Positions 53,581 through 64,000 of a stretch of 64,000 nt of DNA are shown here, piece by piece; positions within the stretch are counted from its first letter, which is position 1; every line of letters starts with the position of its first letter. The stretch comes from Antedon mediterranea (Eukaryota > Animalia > Echinodermata): positions 35,080,388 to 35,144,387 of the forward strand of contig NC_092670.1 of assembly GCF_964355755.1 (NCBI RefSeq). The letters run 5' to 3'. Both the position numbers and the translations under genes were made by a program. The notes under the pieces are model-generated. The model made no database searches, was not told the DNA's origin, and worked only from the letters and a program-made list of their open reading frames with translations.

Positions 53581-55099
53581 TTAAACCCCTGAATAGGCCT
53601 ACCATAACAGTGATATTCATTACTGCAATCTGAATTTTTTCACTGCAGTTTTATATTCTTAATATATTATTTCTGGTAAGTTTATTTGAATGTCTGTCAA
53701 CACTGTTAATAATAGGATTACCAAGTTGCACGCTAGGATAACATTTCAGTAACTAGACTTTCGATTCCATGCTCTTGGGAGGATAGAGAACATTTTTTGG
53801 ACCACCTTTTAGCGTTTCGGCTCTCAACCGCGGATACGTTTTCAACTGGTTTGCCAATGATTACGTACTCCAGGGAGAAATAGGACTTTTTTACCACCCT
53901 CTCACCTTGTCCGATTTAAACTTTTTCTCACCAACCATTTTATGCTTGTCATGATCAATATGCATACCATACCTACTGTAATTTATACTACAGTATAATG
54001 CATCTCTTCTTAAGTTCTGAATTGTAAAATAATATAACATAGTTCGACCTAATATTCACTTTAAAGCTCAGCTACAATAACAGGCTTGAATTTCAGATTT
54101 TTACATAAATTAATTAAATATAGAATTTGGAAAAATTCTCTATAAAAACCAAAACCAATCAGCAGTTAGATATCAGCCTGATGTTATTGTTATCAACTGG
54201 ATGAAGACAAAAAAATAGACAAAAAATAGACATGATGATGGCATATTACTATCATATTTAAGTTTTTTCAAACTAGTTTGATAGTGTAGACAGAGCTGCT
54301 GTAAGAAAGTTCTAATATAGTGAGGAAATAAAAATCTGAAAAAAAAATGTAAAATTTAAAAAAAAATGTCTTTCTTATATTGTATAATACGAGGAACAAA
54401 AATTCTTATTATATATAGTTAGTATTTAAAAAAAATTGTTTGAAATTTTTAAATTAAAACCTTCTCTTTCATATTTCAACCAATAAAATTTTTTTCTTTT
54501 GTTGCACACTTTTTATTTACAATCATTTATCAAACTGTTTCCGTTGTTTTTTTACAGTTTACTTCACATATATTTAGTACAGCGTTGATGTTTGCCGCGT
54601 TTTGACGTCAAAGCTTACTACATAATCAGTGTGACATAATTATCATCAATAAAGTTAATAATCATCCTTCAACAGGCTTAACCTTTGAACTTTAAGCATG
54701 ATATCTACCAAAACATGAGCACCTTATATTCATACAAAACATTATCCTGGATAAAATGTAATCGCTTTAGATCAGAAAATAATTTTCAATGATGCTCAAT
54801 GGCAAAAGAGAGATAAATTATCGCATGTTTCTTTTGTGTTTAACAATTTTTTAAGAGCCGTTGTGGAAGTTAGGATTAAATTTAATAGTATGAATACATT
54901 TTAATAATTTATTAATGAAAAACACACTTTTTTTATGCGCAAATGTAGTTTTTTTTCCAATTTATTTAAAGCGGTATTACTTTTTAAAGATAGTTTCTGA
55001 AGAATCTGGATTTTTGCTTAAGTGGAAGGATCCTTAATTTAGAAAACATGAATGGCATATTTTGGCTTAAGTCAAGATAGTTTAGCGCTTAAGTGAAAA

Positions 55100-55290
55100 A
55101 GATGTATTGTCCCCCAAAATCATGAAAAATAATGATTTTTAAAATTAGACTTTTAATAGCCCATTTTGCAGCTTTAATGAAGTTATTTACTTCCAATCCA
55201 TAGAAAAAGAAACAACAAAAACAATTATTTCACTTACAAAAGAAACGGTTAATTTTAATTTTTTTTTAAATTTTTTTTCATGTAAATCAT
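55100..55290. mobile_element. Kolobok-like MITE fragment
   Basis: AGATGTATTGTCCCCCAAAATCATGAAAA matches the start of the copy at 62743. Confidence 0.6.
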
Positions 55291-57029
55291 TTTTGGAACG
55301 ATGGGAAAGGAAGTGTTTATATTATCTTAAAGGTGGGTGGGAATTTAGAATATTATGCTAAGCAAAGATAAAATATCATCAGTATATTGTCTATTTTTTG
55401 CGAAAAGTTTTCCCAAAGTTATCCCCTGACAAGGGATGTCCCAACATAAATGTTCTGTTTACACAATTGTGTGTAACTGTCAGAATTGATAATGGTTGTC
55501 TTGTAAAGTAAATGAAACTTTTTTTAAATATCTTTCAACAGGTCAGTTACTAATATATTTTGGTTTGGCTTTGTTCAATCCATAATTTTGTGGATTATAT
55601 TGAAAGTAGGCCAATCGGTTATTTCATTACAATAATTTTTTGTAGTATGTAATATTAATTATTTAAGTAAAGTGTTGATGGAATAGAAGATCCATTTAAA
55701 TCTTTTATAAAGTATAGTTAAGTAACTGTTTGAAGATATCTAACAAATCAACAGGAATCTAAGGAAATTAATGTTAATCCCATCCTAGTGGGATTAGTTG
55801 TGGGAGGATTAAAGTGATGAAAGGGAATTTGATTCTTGTCGAGAAACCTGTTTTACGCTAGAATTCTTAGAAAACCAACAAAGGGGGGAGGGGGGGGGGG
55901 GTGAATGGTTTATTTAGTTTGCTAGAAAGGAGGATAAATGGATCATTCTTGTAATTATTTTCCGTTGTCAAATCCTTGTATACTTTCATTTCTCTTTCAA
56001 TTTGGCAATTCAGATCCGTCTTGGAATCTTTTTGAAATGGCTTTTGAAAGTCACAGTTAACCATATTTGGTAAAAACTCAACATTTTATAATAACGTTTA
56101 AGCTGAAGTTTAATATAAAGACTATAGTGACAGGTTGCAACACATTAGTAGGCCTCACATTGTGTTTTTTTTTAAACTTGTAAAGAAATCATGCATGTTT
56201 TCATGTTTTTTAAAGCACTTTTAGCACATTTGTGCTTTTATAAATCCATATTATTATTATTTGTTATTTTCCTCTAATTATCGTAGCAACATTGGTCTTT
56301 TTATTGAGATTAATTTGTTTGCCCATTCTTGAAGAGCACAAAATGATTTGCAGAAATGTACTGTTGAATCTTGGATGGATTTTGTTTTCATAGACATTCA
56401 AAATTCACCAAGTATTCTCTTGTGGTGTCATAGAACCAATATATTTCTACGGTTATTTATAGTCACAGTACATTCTGTAATGTAAACGATGTTTTGTTTT
56501 TACGCTGTATCAATTCACAACTTATGTCCAATGAATTTTCAATTTACTTTCCCGTTACTCATGACGTTTACACCTGTGCCAGTTCTAATCTTGTTAATGC
56601 ACCATCTTCCGAATCGTTCCCCCAGAAATTTGCTAATTTCTATCTGATGAAAAGGTAGGGGGTAAACAAGAAAGCTAAGTATTGTTTAATGTCACCTAAA
56701 TAAGAAACAGTTTGACAGAAAGCTAGAAATCTGAATTGCAGGCGGTGACAAACACAAAACAGCTTTCAGTTTTACGCTGCATTTCATCTCGAAATCTTTG
56801 AAGCATTTAAATCCTACTGACTTGAAATATACATTCAAGATATCCATCATAGACTTTAAGATAAGCATTCCCGAAGGATTACAACGTTGTGCTGTGTAAG
56901 TTTTCTTCCCTTGAACTCAAACCCAGTGGGATGACCTTGCCACGATACTGTGTCAAGTCTGTCAAAAGATGTAATTGATTATTTTGCCCCACTATGATCT
57001 GTTTGTTCTGTTCCAATTTGTACTGAACC

Positions 57030-58209
57030 CATTTCTGGCATTATTATGCTTTTTGGCATTATTTGGAGGCCCACGGCATCTGGCCTAATGCCGCGGCATT
57101 ATTTAGCCGTTTTTAGCATAATCTGGCGTAATTTTGTGTTTTTTAAACAACCAAAAAAAATAATATACCACAGAACAAGAATAATATTTTGTTTAATCTT
57201 GCAATATCATATCGTACAAAACAGGTCTGTCAAGTTTTTTCCGTACAATAGTTCCTCCATCCTTTCGTTTTGGACTCAATTGACTCTTCTGATAGGCTGG
57301 CAGGCTTCTGCTCAGAAACTACCGTGTGTGCAATAGGCAGCACAACGAAACCGAGACTAGCTGCGATTGACCAATTATGTTTCTCTATTTCAGAGATCAT
57401 GCAGGTTATTGGATCCCCAGAGATGATGTAGAGACAATTGAACTAAAACATTATGAAATGGGTTTTGTTTGTTCAGTTAATAAGTATAAAAAGCGGCCCT
57501 TAATTAAAAGCCGGTAACTTAGCAGCTCTAATTTTAAACATTTTTTCTCCTCGAGAATTTTTTTCCATATTTCAAATTAAGTTCCAATTCCGGGCATTGT
57601 AGCCCCAGTGACCATAATGGGCCGAGGTCCTAGAGACTCTTACACATTTTTATTTGAAATTAAGTGCCATTTCCGGCCATCGAGCAGCTCTATTTCCCCC
57701 ATTTTTTTTCCTGGAGACACTAATTTATATTTTTATTTCCTATTTTAAATTATGAGTGCCATTTTTGGACCATAGTTTGCTAAGTCCCTGGAGGCACTAA
57801 TTAATATATTTGTATTTCATATTTGAAATTAAGTGCCATTTCCGGCCATCGAGCAGCTCTATTTTTCAAAATTTTCTTACCTCCGTCCCAACCATGGTGG
57901 GGCTGAGGGTCTAGAAGACATTGATGGATTTTTATGCTATTTCCGGTGGGGGGGGGGGGGGGGGTTGCAGGGTAGGGGCTGACATTTGCAGTTACCATTT
58001 TCGCACCCCAGATATTGGAAATCAACGACAGGGATACAATTTTAGGCCCTATTATGTGTCAGTTGGGGTTTTACAGACGTTTTTTAGACATGCAACCGTT
58101 GATGGCGCTAATTAGAGCCACATTTTGGGGATTTGGCATTATTTTTCCCAATCTGGCATTATTTGAGACAGGCTACGGCATAATTTAAATTTTATCGCTG
58201 GCAAACCTG
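57030..58209. mobile_element. hAT-like non-autonomous element with damaged left TIR
   Basis: Right end CTGGCAAACCTG. 8-bp TSD ACTGAACC / ACTGAACT. GGCATTATT subterminal repeats at both ends. Confidence 0.65.
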
Positions 58210-58702
58210 ACTGAACTCGGATTTATGTCGAAAAGTGTGTAAAATCAGGTATTAGACATGTAAATCTTACCTAAAATAACCTTGAAAGATTGCCATAATA
58301 TAAGTTATATTACTATCTCTAAGAATTTTCTTCGTTTAGTCTGTTGACTTATGAGTCATTTTCTACATTTCATGTGGTTCCTTTTTTACTCCCTTATTCT
58401 TATGCCACACTTAATAATTCTCATTTCTTCTTCTTACATTTTCAATAAATTAGATTTTACTGGCTAATTTAAACAGTATAATTTATACCTGGGGACCAAG
58501 AGTTAGTATTTTTATTAGTACAGTATACATAGATCATTTTGCTATTACTAGGTAGGGGTGAGATTTGTCCCATGGGCTTATAATGAGGAGAACCATGATT
58601 GTGGATCTTTAAACTACTCATTGTTCATTACCTCTTTAAAACAATAGTCCGTTCACACTTGTCAAATTTGGTTCAGTGGCCGAAAAAAACTATGTGATAC
58701 TT

Positions 58703-59215
58703 TTTCAATTCAATTCAAAGCAACATTTATTTTCTCCTTTCATATACAAAATAGATTTCAATGAACAATATATATGTAAACAAAATTTCGAAAGAAGAAG
58801 GTACACGCCCAGAAAGATGAAAAACACATCTTGTGGAGGACGTACCTATTACAGACACAGACAATGAAAATTTTTAAAAAAATAAATAAATAAATATAAA
58901 AAAAAAACCCCGACCGAGGAAAAGTTAATATTTGGAAATAAGGTGACTTTTAAGTTTAGATAAAAAGGATTTGCTAGAAACAGAGTTTAAGATGGGGAGT
59001 GGCAGATCGTTCCAAAAAGTGGGTCCGGAATACCTAATGTTGTGTTGAAAGTGGTTGGTTTTATGGGTTGGAATATGTAATTTTGAACAGATACGAGTAT
59101 GATGATAATGAATTGAAGAATTTGGAGTGAACATGGAGCAGAGATGTTTGGGAAGGTTAGAATTAATAGAAGAAAAGATGAAAGAACCTTGTTGGGTTAG
59201 ATTGATATCAGAGAA
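58703..59215 (-). mobile_element. 5'-truncated LINE (CR1/L2/Crack group): ORF2 C-terminus and 3' UTR
   Basis: HYHHTR..LHIP..KT...IRYSGPTFWNDLP..I..S...F..KLKSHL pattern. Tail AATAAA..(TTGAA)n. Confidence 0.8.
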
Positions 59216-59276
59216 GATCTTTTTTGTTTTGTTTTTTAATCACAGATATATTTTGTACGGAATCTTGAATACCTAG

Positions 59277-59360
59277 TGTGAACGAGTTTATTCAAACTTA
59301 AACACTACAAGCATTTATTTAAATGGTTGTAGTGTTTAAGTTTGAATAAACTCGTTCACA
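59277..59360. repeat. 84-bp hairpin: 34-bp perfect arms plus a 6-bp inner stem
   Basis: TGTGAACGAGTTTATTCAAACTTAAACACTACAA and its reverse complement. Confidence 0.9.
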
Positions 59361-60329
59361 TCAGGCCACCAGACTGGATTTCAAGGTCAGTGTGAACGTA
59401 GCTTTAAACAGGTCGTATGCCTTTTGCATTTTGTAGTAAAATTAGTTTTCATGGAAAATAATTATAAAAATATAATAATTTTCTGGGACAACATCATTAT
59501 GTGCAAAACACATTACTTTATACTTGGAATTATTTGGATATAATTATTTCCTAATGTCATTTGTTATGATTTAGTACAGTAGGTAGCCAAATTGGTAAAA
59601 AGATCAGTAAGTGGTTTGTAGAGAGCAGCTCTAGGCCTATTGTAATACCGGTAGTTGCCAGTGGCAAGTTCTACGAAAAAGATTGGTGGGTGAAATTTCT
59701 GGAATTGCTACTTTCTACTGCCCTGAGAACATAGGCTTTAAGCCAACTTATACAATGAGTCTGCATTACATTTAATTTAAATACATTGTACTATATGTAC
59801 TTGTATTACTGTTAAAAAGTATAGTGTACAGAAAACTGTAGGGTTGTAAATTGTATATTGAATCTGTAGTGTAAAGTAGACCCAAGGGACATTTTTGACC
59901 ACATGGCTAAATGTGGCCACATTATCCATGTTGTTCTGGGGTCGGACCAGCATTGTCTGCTGAGACCGTCTACACCTGATCATGTGGGAATTGGCAACAT
60001 TGAGGCACCTGTTAATATGTTAGCCAAATCCGATGACCTTGTCTGTGATGACCTCAGTCATATACAATTACCTTCGTCTGGGGATGTCCCCTGCAAAGTG
60101 TGATGAACTTGACTGGGGACCTGTCAAATGGATGTCCCTAGTAGCCCATTAACATGACAATTTTTCAATTTTTATGCAATATATTATGGAGCTCAATTTA
60201 CTGTTACTAATGTTGATATTTATTTGTATAGTGCAGAAAATAAATTGTGGGGGTTTGACCATCATACTCTGAAACTAGAACAAAAGTAACTGGGAAACAT
60301 ATCTTAGGTCATCCAAGTGATCCTACATT

Positions 60330-60510
60330 TTTTTATATTTTTTTTTTATATTTTATTTGTTTTTAACGGTTCTGTATATATCTTTTAAATTAGGCCTACT
60401 GTGTATTTATGTTATAATTTTTATTTACTTTTAAACTTATAACTGGACCATTTTGGAAAGCAGTACTGCGTTACTGAAAATGCAATCCAGTCAAAAGAAT
60501 AAATAAATAA
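60330..60510 (+). mobile_element. LINE 3' UTR remnant, same family as 41036-41525
   Basis: Shared terminal sequence ending (AATA)n. Confidence 0.55.
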
Positions 60511-60526
60511 GAACCTGGCAATGAAT

Positions 60527-60633
60527 GTAGCATGGCATACTTCGTTGAAATGGCAGTTGTTGTCAGATCAACAAAGTTAAGTAACGTTGGGCTTGGAAGA
60601 CCGTCTAGGAAAAGCGTTGGGTGCTGTATAGAC
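60527..60633 (+). pseudogene. Degenerate 5S rRNA-derived sequence (pseudogene or SINE3 head)
   Basis: CATAC..CGTTGAA..GTCAGATCAACAAAGTTAAGTAACGTTGGGC..TTGG..AGACCGTCTAGGAA..GGGTGCTGTA aligns by eye to metazoan 5S, with a deletion around the internal control region. Confidence 0.7.
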
Positions 60634-60636
60634 CAA

Positions 60637-60902
60637 GGGAGAGTGGCACATAGTGTGTCGACTTCTGATCACGGGATCGGCAGTTTGATTCCAATGCATG
60701 CTGGTCGTATTGCCTGTGCCCTTAGGGCAAGACACGTTCTTGAGTTTGCATCTCTCCACCCAGATGGGTTCCGTATCTGGTTAGGTCAAAGCTCCATCTG
60801 CGCTGGTTACTGGCTGCAACATTATGGAAGTATGTTTCCATACGTGTTTGTTAAAAAATAACCAATATATGAATTTGCGCTATATAAATGCATTATTATT
60901 AT
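60637..60902 (+). mobile_element. tRNA-derived CORE-like SINE with L2-type tail
   Basis: Degenerate A/B boxes, CCCTTAGGGCAAGACAC...CTCCACCCAGATGGG, tail GCGCTATATAAATGCATTATTATTAT. Confidence 0.65.
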
Positions 60903-61400
60903 GGCCAGGGGTAAACCTAGGAAAAGATTTGGCCGATTTTCGACACTAATTAGATCACTTTTACACTACATTTTGAAAGTTTGGACACAGGCTACCATAA
61001 ATTGTGATAAATTTGTGAAAATGAAGAGTGATATTATGTGCAACTATCCAACCTGAAGTCCATCTAGTCTGCTTAATAGTGTTGTCTGCCAAAATATGAT
61101 CAGTAATTGTTGGGGTCTGCCAAGGTGTCTAGACCCTTATAAATTTGTACCCTCAAATTCTACCTAATAATCATGCCTCATGGGATATTTCCCTCTATAA
61201 AACACAAGTTGGCACCATTGTTGTAGTTAGTTACTGTACAGTAAAAAAATATGTCTTAGATTTATAGCACTTTTTAGTATTTAGGACAACAGCAAATTTA
61301 AATGAATTAATTGTTACCTTTATACACATTTCTTTTTTCAAATTAAATATTTTCATCATCCTAACAAAATTTAAAAACAAAACAAGAAAAAAACAATTAA

Positions 61401-61712
61401 AGATATATTGTCCTAATGAAATTTTTTTTTCCAATATGCCATTTTAATGTCACATATGATAATAGTTATTCACTTTTACCAAAAATTGGGTAAAAAAACC
61501 AATATTAAACTGAAATAATTGTAATTTAAGGCAACAATAGTCAAATTAACTGCCAGCCAATGTGTTTTTCATTGAATATACCTTTTTTTTTTACAAGTGA
61601 AAACATTGTTTTTTCTACAGAAGTGATTAACTTGATTAAAACTACCATATGCCTACTCAAAATTTGATTTTATTAATCTTCATTTTTCATGTTTCTGGAG
61701 GACAATACATCT
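61401..61712. mobile_element. Kolobok-like MITE, diverged
   Basis: TTAA|AGATATATTGTCC ... GGACAATACATCT, colinear with 5795-6127. Confidence 0.75.
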
Positions 61713-61779
61713 TATACTTCTTCCCTGATGGTCATACATAATTTTCTACATGTCTTGATTGGATATATACTGGTAATAC

Positions 61780-61824
61780 CAGGGAGTTGTAAAATAAATT
61801 GAAATTGTATTTTACAACTCCCTG
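61780..61824. mobile_element. 45-bp minimal TIR element (P-like)
   Basis: CAGGGAGTTGTAAAATA / TATTTTACAACTCCCTG with near-identical 7-bp flanks GTAATAC / GTAATTC. Confidence 0.6.
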
Positions 61825-62742
61825 GTAATTCTTCCACTGAATCTCGAAACTACTGTACTGTATAAAAGTGCGTTGACTGAAGTCCATCCTGATGTTTTGG
61901 CTATGGTGTATCCTGCTTCAGTATTTCCACTAGTATGATAAAAATTATACTGCATTCATTTATATCAAAAATAACATAATATGAAAAAAATGATGACTAG
62001 TTGATGTTACATAATGTCACTTAATTGTTCTGGAAAATATGAACATGCACACCGCTACTGTATATTTTGTAGTAGGCCTTTAATGTAATTAAATTAAATT
62101 TAAGCAGGTGATAATGTGACCATGTCCAACCATCATATCCAATTAAGTTTAAATGCTGAAACCGCATACAATGTACACTTGTTGTTTGTGGTCAGTATTA
62201 ATAACCAAATATTGATAAATGATTTATGGTTGGTAGTGTTTGTAGATGTAATTCAAGCAACAGATTCCTGTAATCTATCCAAAGTTGTCTAATCATAGCC
62301 AAATTCCATGATACAGCATATCTCATGTGTTTCTCATGTGACATCTGTATCATTTCTTTTCATAAACTCTTAATCAAAACTTCCTTGATACAGGCACTTG
62401 TGTGATACACATGACCTGCTGTATTATGGAGTTTGCCTATGATACAGGAAAAAATATTGTCATATAGTATGTGGATATACCGCATTTTGAACCATAAAGT
62501 TAAACCCAAATGTTGATATCTGATGCAGTCCTCTACTTTGATCGATATCAAAATGATCAACTTTAAAGTTCTTACTTATTTAATTACCTTACTTATTTGA
62601 CCTCCATCCACACACATGTTTCTTTTAATCTAATTTATAATTAATCTATGTTTTGTCAGAATGAACAATTAAATTATTTGATGTATGTAGAAAATTTAAT
62701 AAACAAACAAACAATAATATTTAAACTTTAGTGATTTTTTAA

Positions 62743-63168
62743 AGATGTATTGTCCCCCAAAAACATGAAAAATGAAGATTAATTAAATTAGACTTTGAAT
62801 ATGTTATTTTGTAGTTTTAATAAAGTTAATCACTTCTATAGAAAAAAAAACGAAAAAAAATAATGTTTTCACTTATAAAATGATGGTTAAACCAAAAATC
62901 CATTGGCTGGCAGCAAATTTGACAATTTTTTGCTTTAAATTACATTTTTTTCATGGAAATACATTTTTGTTTCGATCCAATTTTTTATAAAAGTGGATAA
63001 CTATTAATATTATGTTGCAAGAAATTTGACAATTTTTTGCTTTAAATTACATATTTTTCAGGGAAATACATTTTTGTTTCGATCCAATTTTTTATAAAAG
63101 TGGATAACTATTATGTTGCAATAAAATGGCATATTAAAAAAAAAATTGTAAGAATTATTTGTTCATCT
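62743..63168. mobile_element. Kolobok-like MITE, opposite orientation, with internal duplication of about 105 bp
   Basis: TTAA on both flanks. AAATTTGACAATTTTTTGCTTTAAAT occurs twice. Confidence 0.78.
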
Positions 63169-63269
63169 TTAAACTTTATCAAAATGTTTATTTAAATAAA
63201 ACCGGCGTTCAAATTTGATAGCTTGTGAATTTAATGAATGTTTTTTTTTCCGATGAAGAAAAATAGATA

Positions 63270-64000
63270 TACACTTAAAGTCCCCTACAACATAACCTGA
63301 CGAGGACCACAAGTTATGGCTCAACCAATGATCTGAACCGTCTGTAAAAATCAAAGGCCGACAGCTTTACTTGCAGTGTCGTCGATAAATAAGCCATGTC
63401 AAAATTAAGCCATTCCCAGTGGATGTTCGTTCCATGAGAATTTCCTCTTCCTCTGGATTCACTAGCGACCACTGTCAAACCCCATGTCCAGTTAAAAGCA
63501 ACATTTGACACCGGACTGTCCTTCCTTGCTTTCAGTATGATTGATGTTGTATTCCTCTGATAGAAGATAAATAAATACTTAATTTGATGTTTTGAAATCG
63601 ATATAAATGACTCAATTTTGTTTAAATGTTTGCATAGGAAACACAATTGGGCACTCACCCCTTACTCATCGACATCGGGCTGACCCCTTTTGAACTCCTG
63701 TAGGGAGAGGGTAATTTCTTTAGAGTTGAAAACAATTTCCTTGGTAATGGGGATTACATAAGAAAATAGCAGCTCAACCTACCATTTTTATAATGCGAGC
63801 TGGCAGGTCAAGGCAGCTTTCTTCCCTTGGGAAACGCAACTCCAATCGCTTGCAAGGCCTAGGATTGAAAGTTAGGGGGGCCTAGCTGCCAAATGCTCAG
63901 TGCACTAACTTATGACATGGATGAATGACATTCTATATGATGTGTAAGGGTGCTGTTGATAGAATTGCGGACACAGGTGATTTTAGTGTTGATAGAAACG
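63270..64000 (-). pseudogene. Decayed coding-like sequence with a probable short intron, possibly a KDZ/CxC5-type transposase relic
   Basis: Higher GC. GTGAGT...CTATCAG intron at about 63658-63557. Interrupted peptides FPREESC, AFDFYRRFRSL and CGPR-GYVVGD. Stops and frameshifts present. Confidence 0.25.

Noticed and set aside
25916-53735. Scattered upstream XRE matches (25916, 26398, 32192, 51229, 52699, 53729)
   Set aside because: The count is about what base composition predicts for TNGCGTG in 64 kb.
60527-60633. Functional 5S rRNA gene
   Set aside because: Many substitutions, a deletion in the internal control region, and no T-run terminator.

Overview
AT-rich, intron-containing eukaryotic DNA. 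The repeat families suggest a marine invertebrate, but the host cannot be fixed from sequence alone. One protein-coding gene is well supported: a minus-strand clan-2 (CYP1-like) cytochrome P450. It has four coding exons (22022-21125, 10726-10577, 10059-9955, 9540-9215; 1479 nt, 492 aa, all GT-AG phase-1 introns), a probable non-coding first exon, and a TATA/CCAAT promoter near 23.1-23.3 kb. The rest is intron and intergenic DNA dense in non-autonomous DNA transposons (Harbinger/Tourist-, Kolobok-, hAT-, P- and Crypton-like), truncated LINE 3' ends and SINEs. The most notable signals are: (1) one MITE family that has repeatedly seeded tandem arrays (17, 35, 80 and 95 bp units, one a long G-quadruplex array); (2) inverted duplications and palindromes tied to MITE ends; (3) a chimeric 5S+tRNA SINE; (4) an XRE+ARE pair in the P450 intron; (5) an AP-1/GC-box tandem array upstream of the P450 promoter. 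No CRISPR array or prokaryotic system is present, and I cannot demonstrate a wholly new system from sequence alone.
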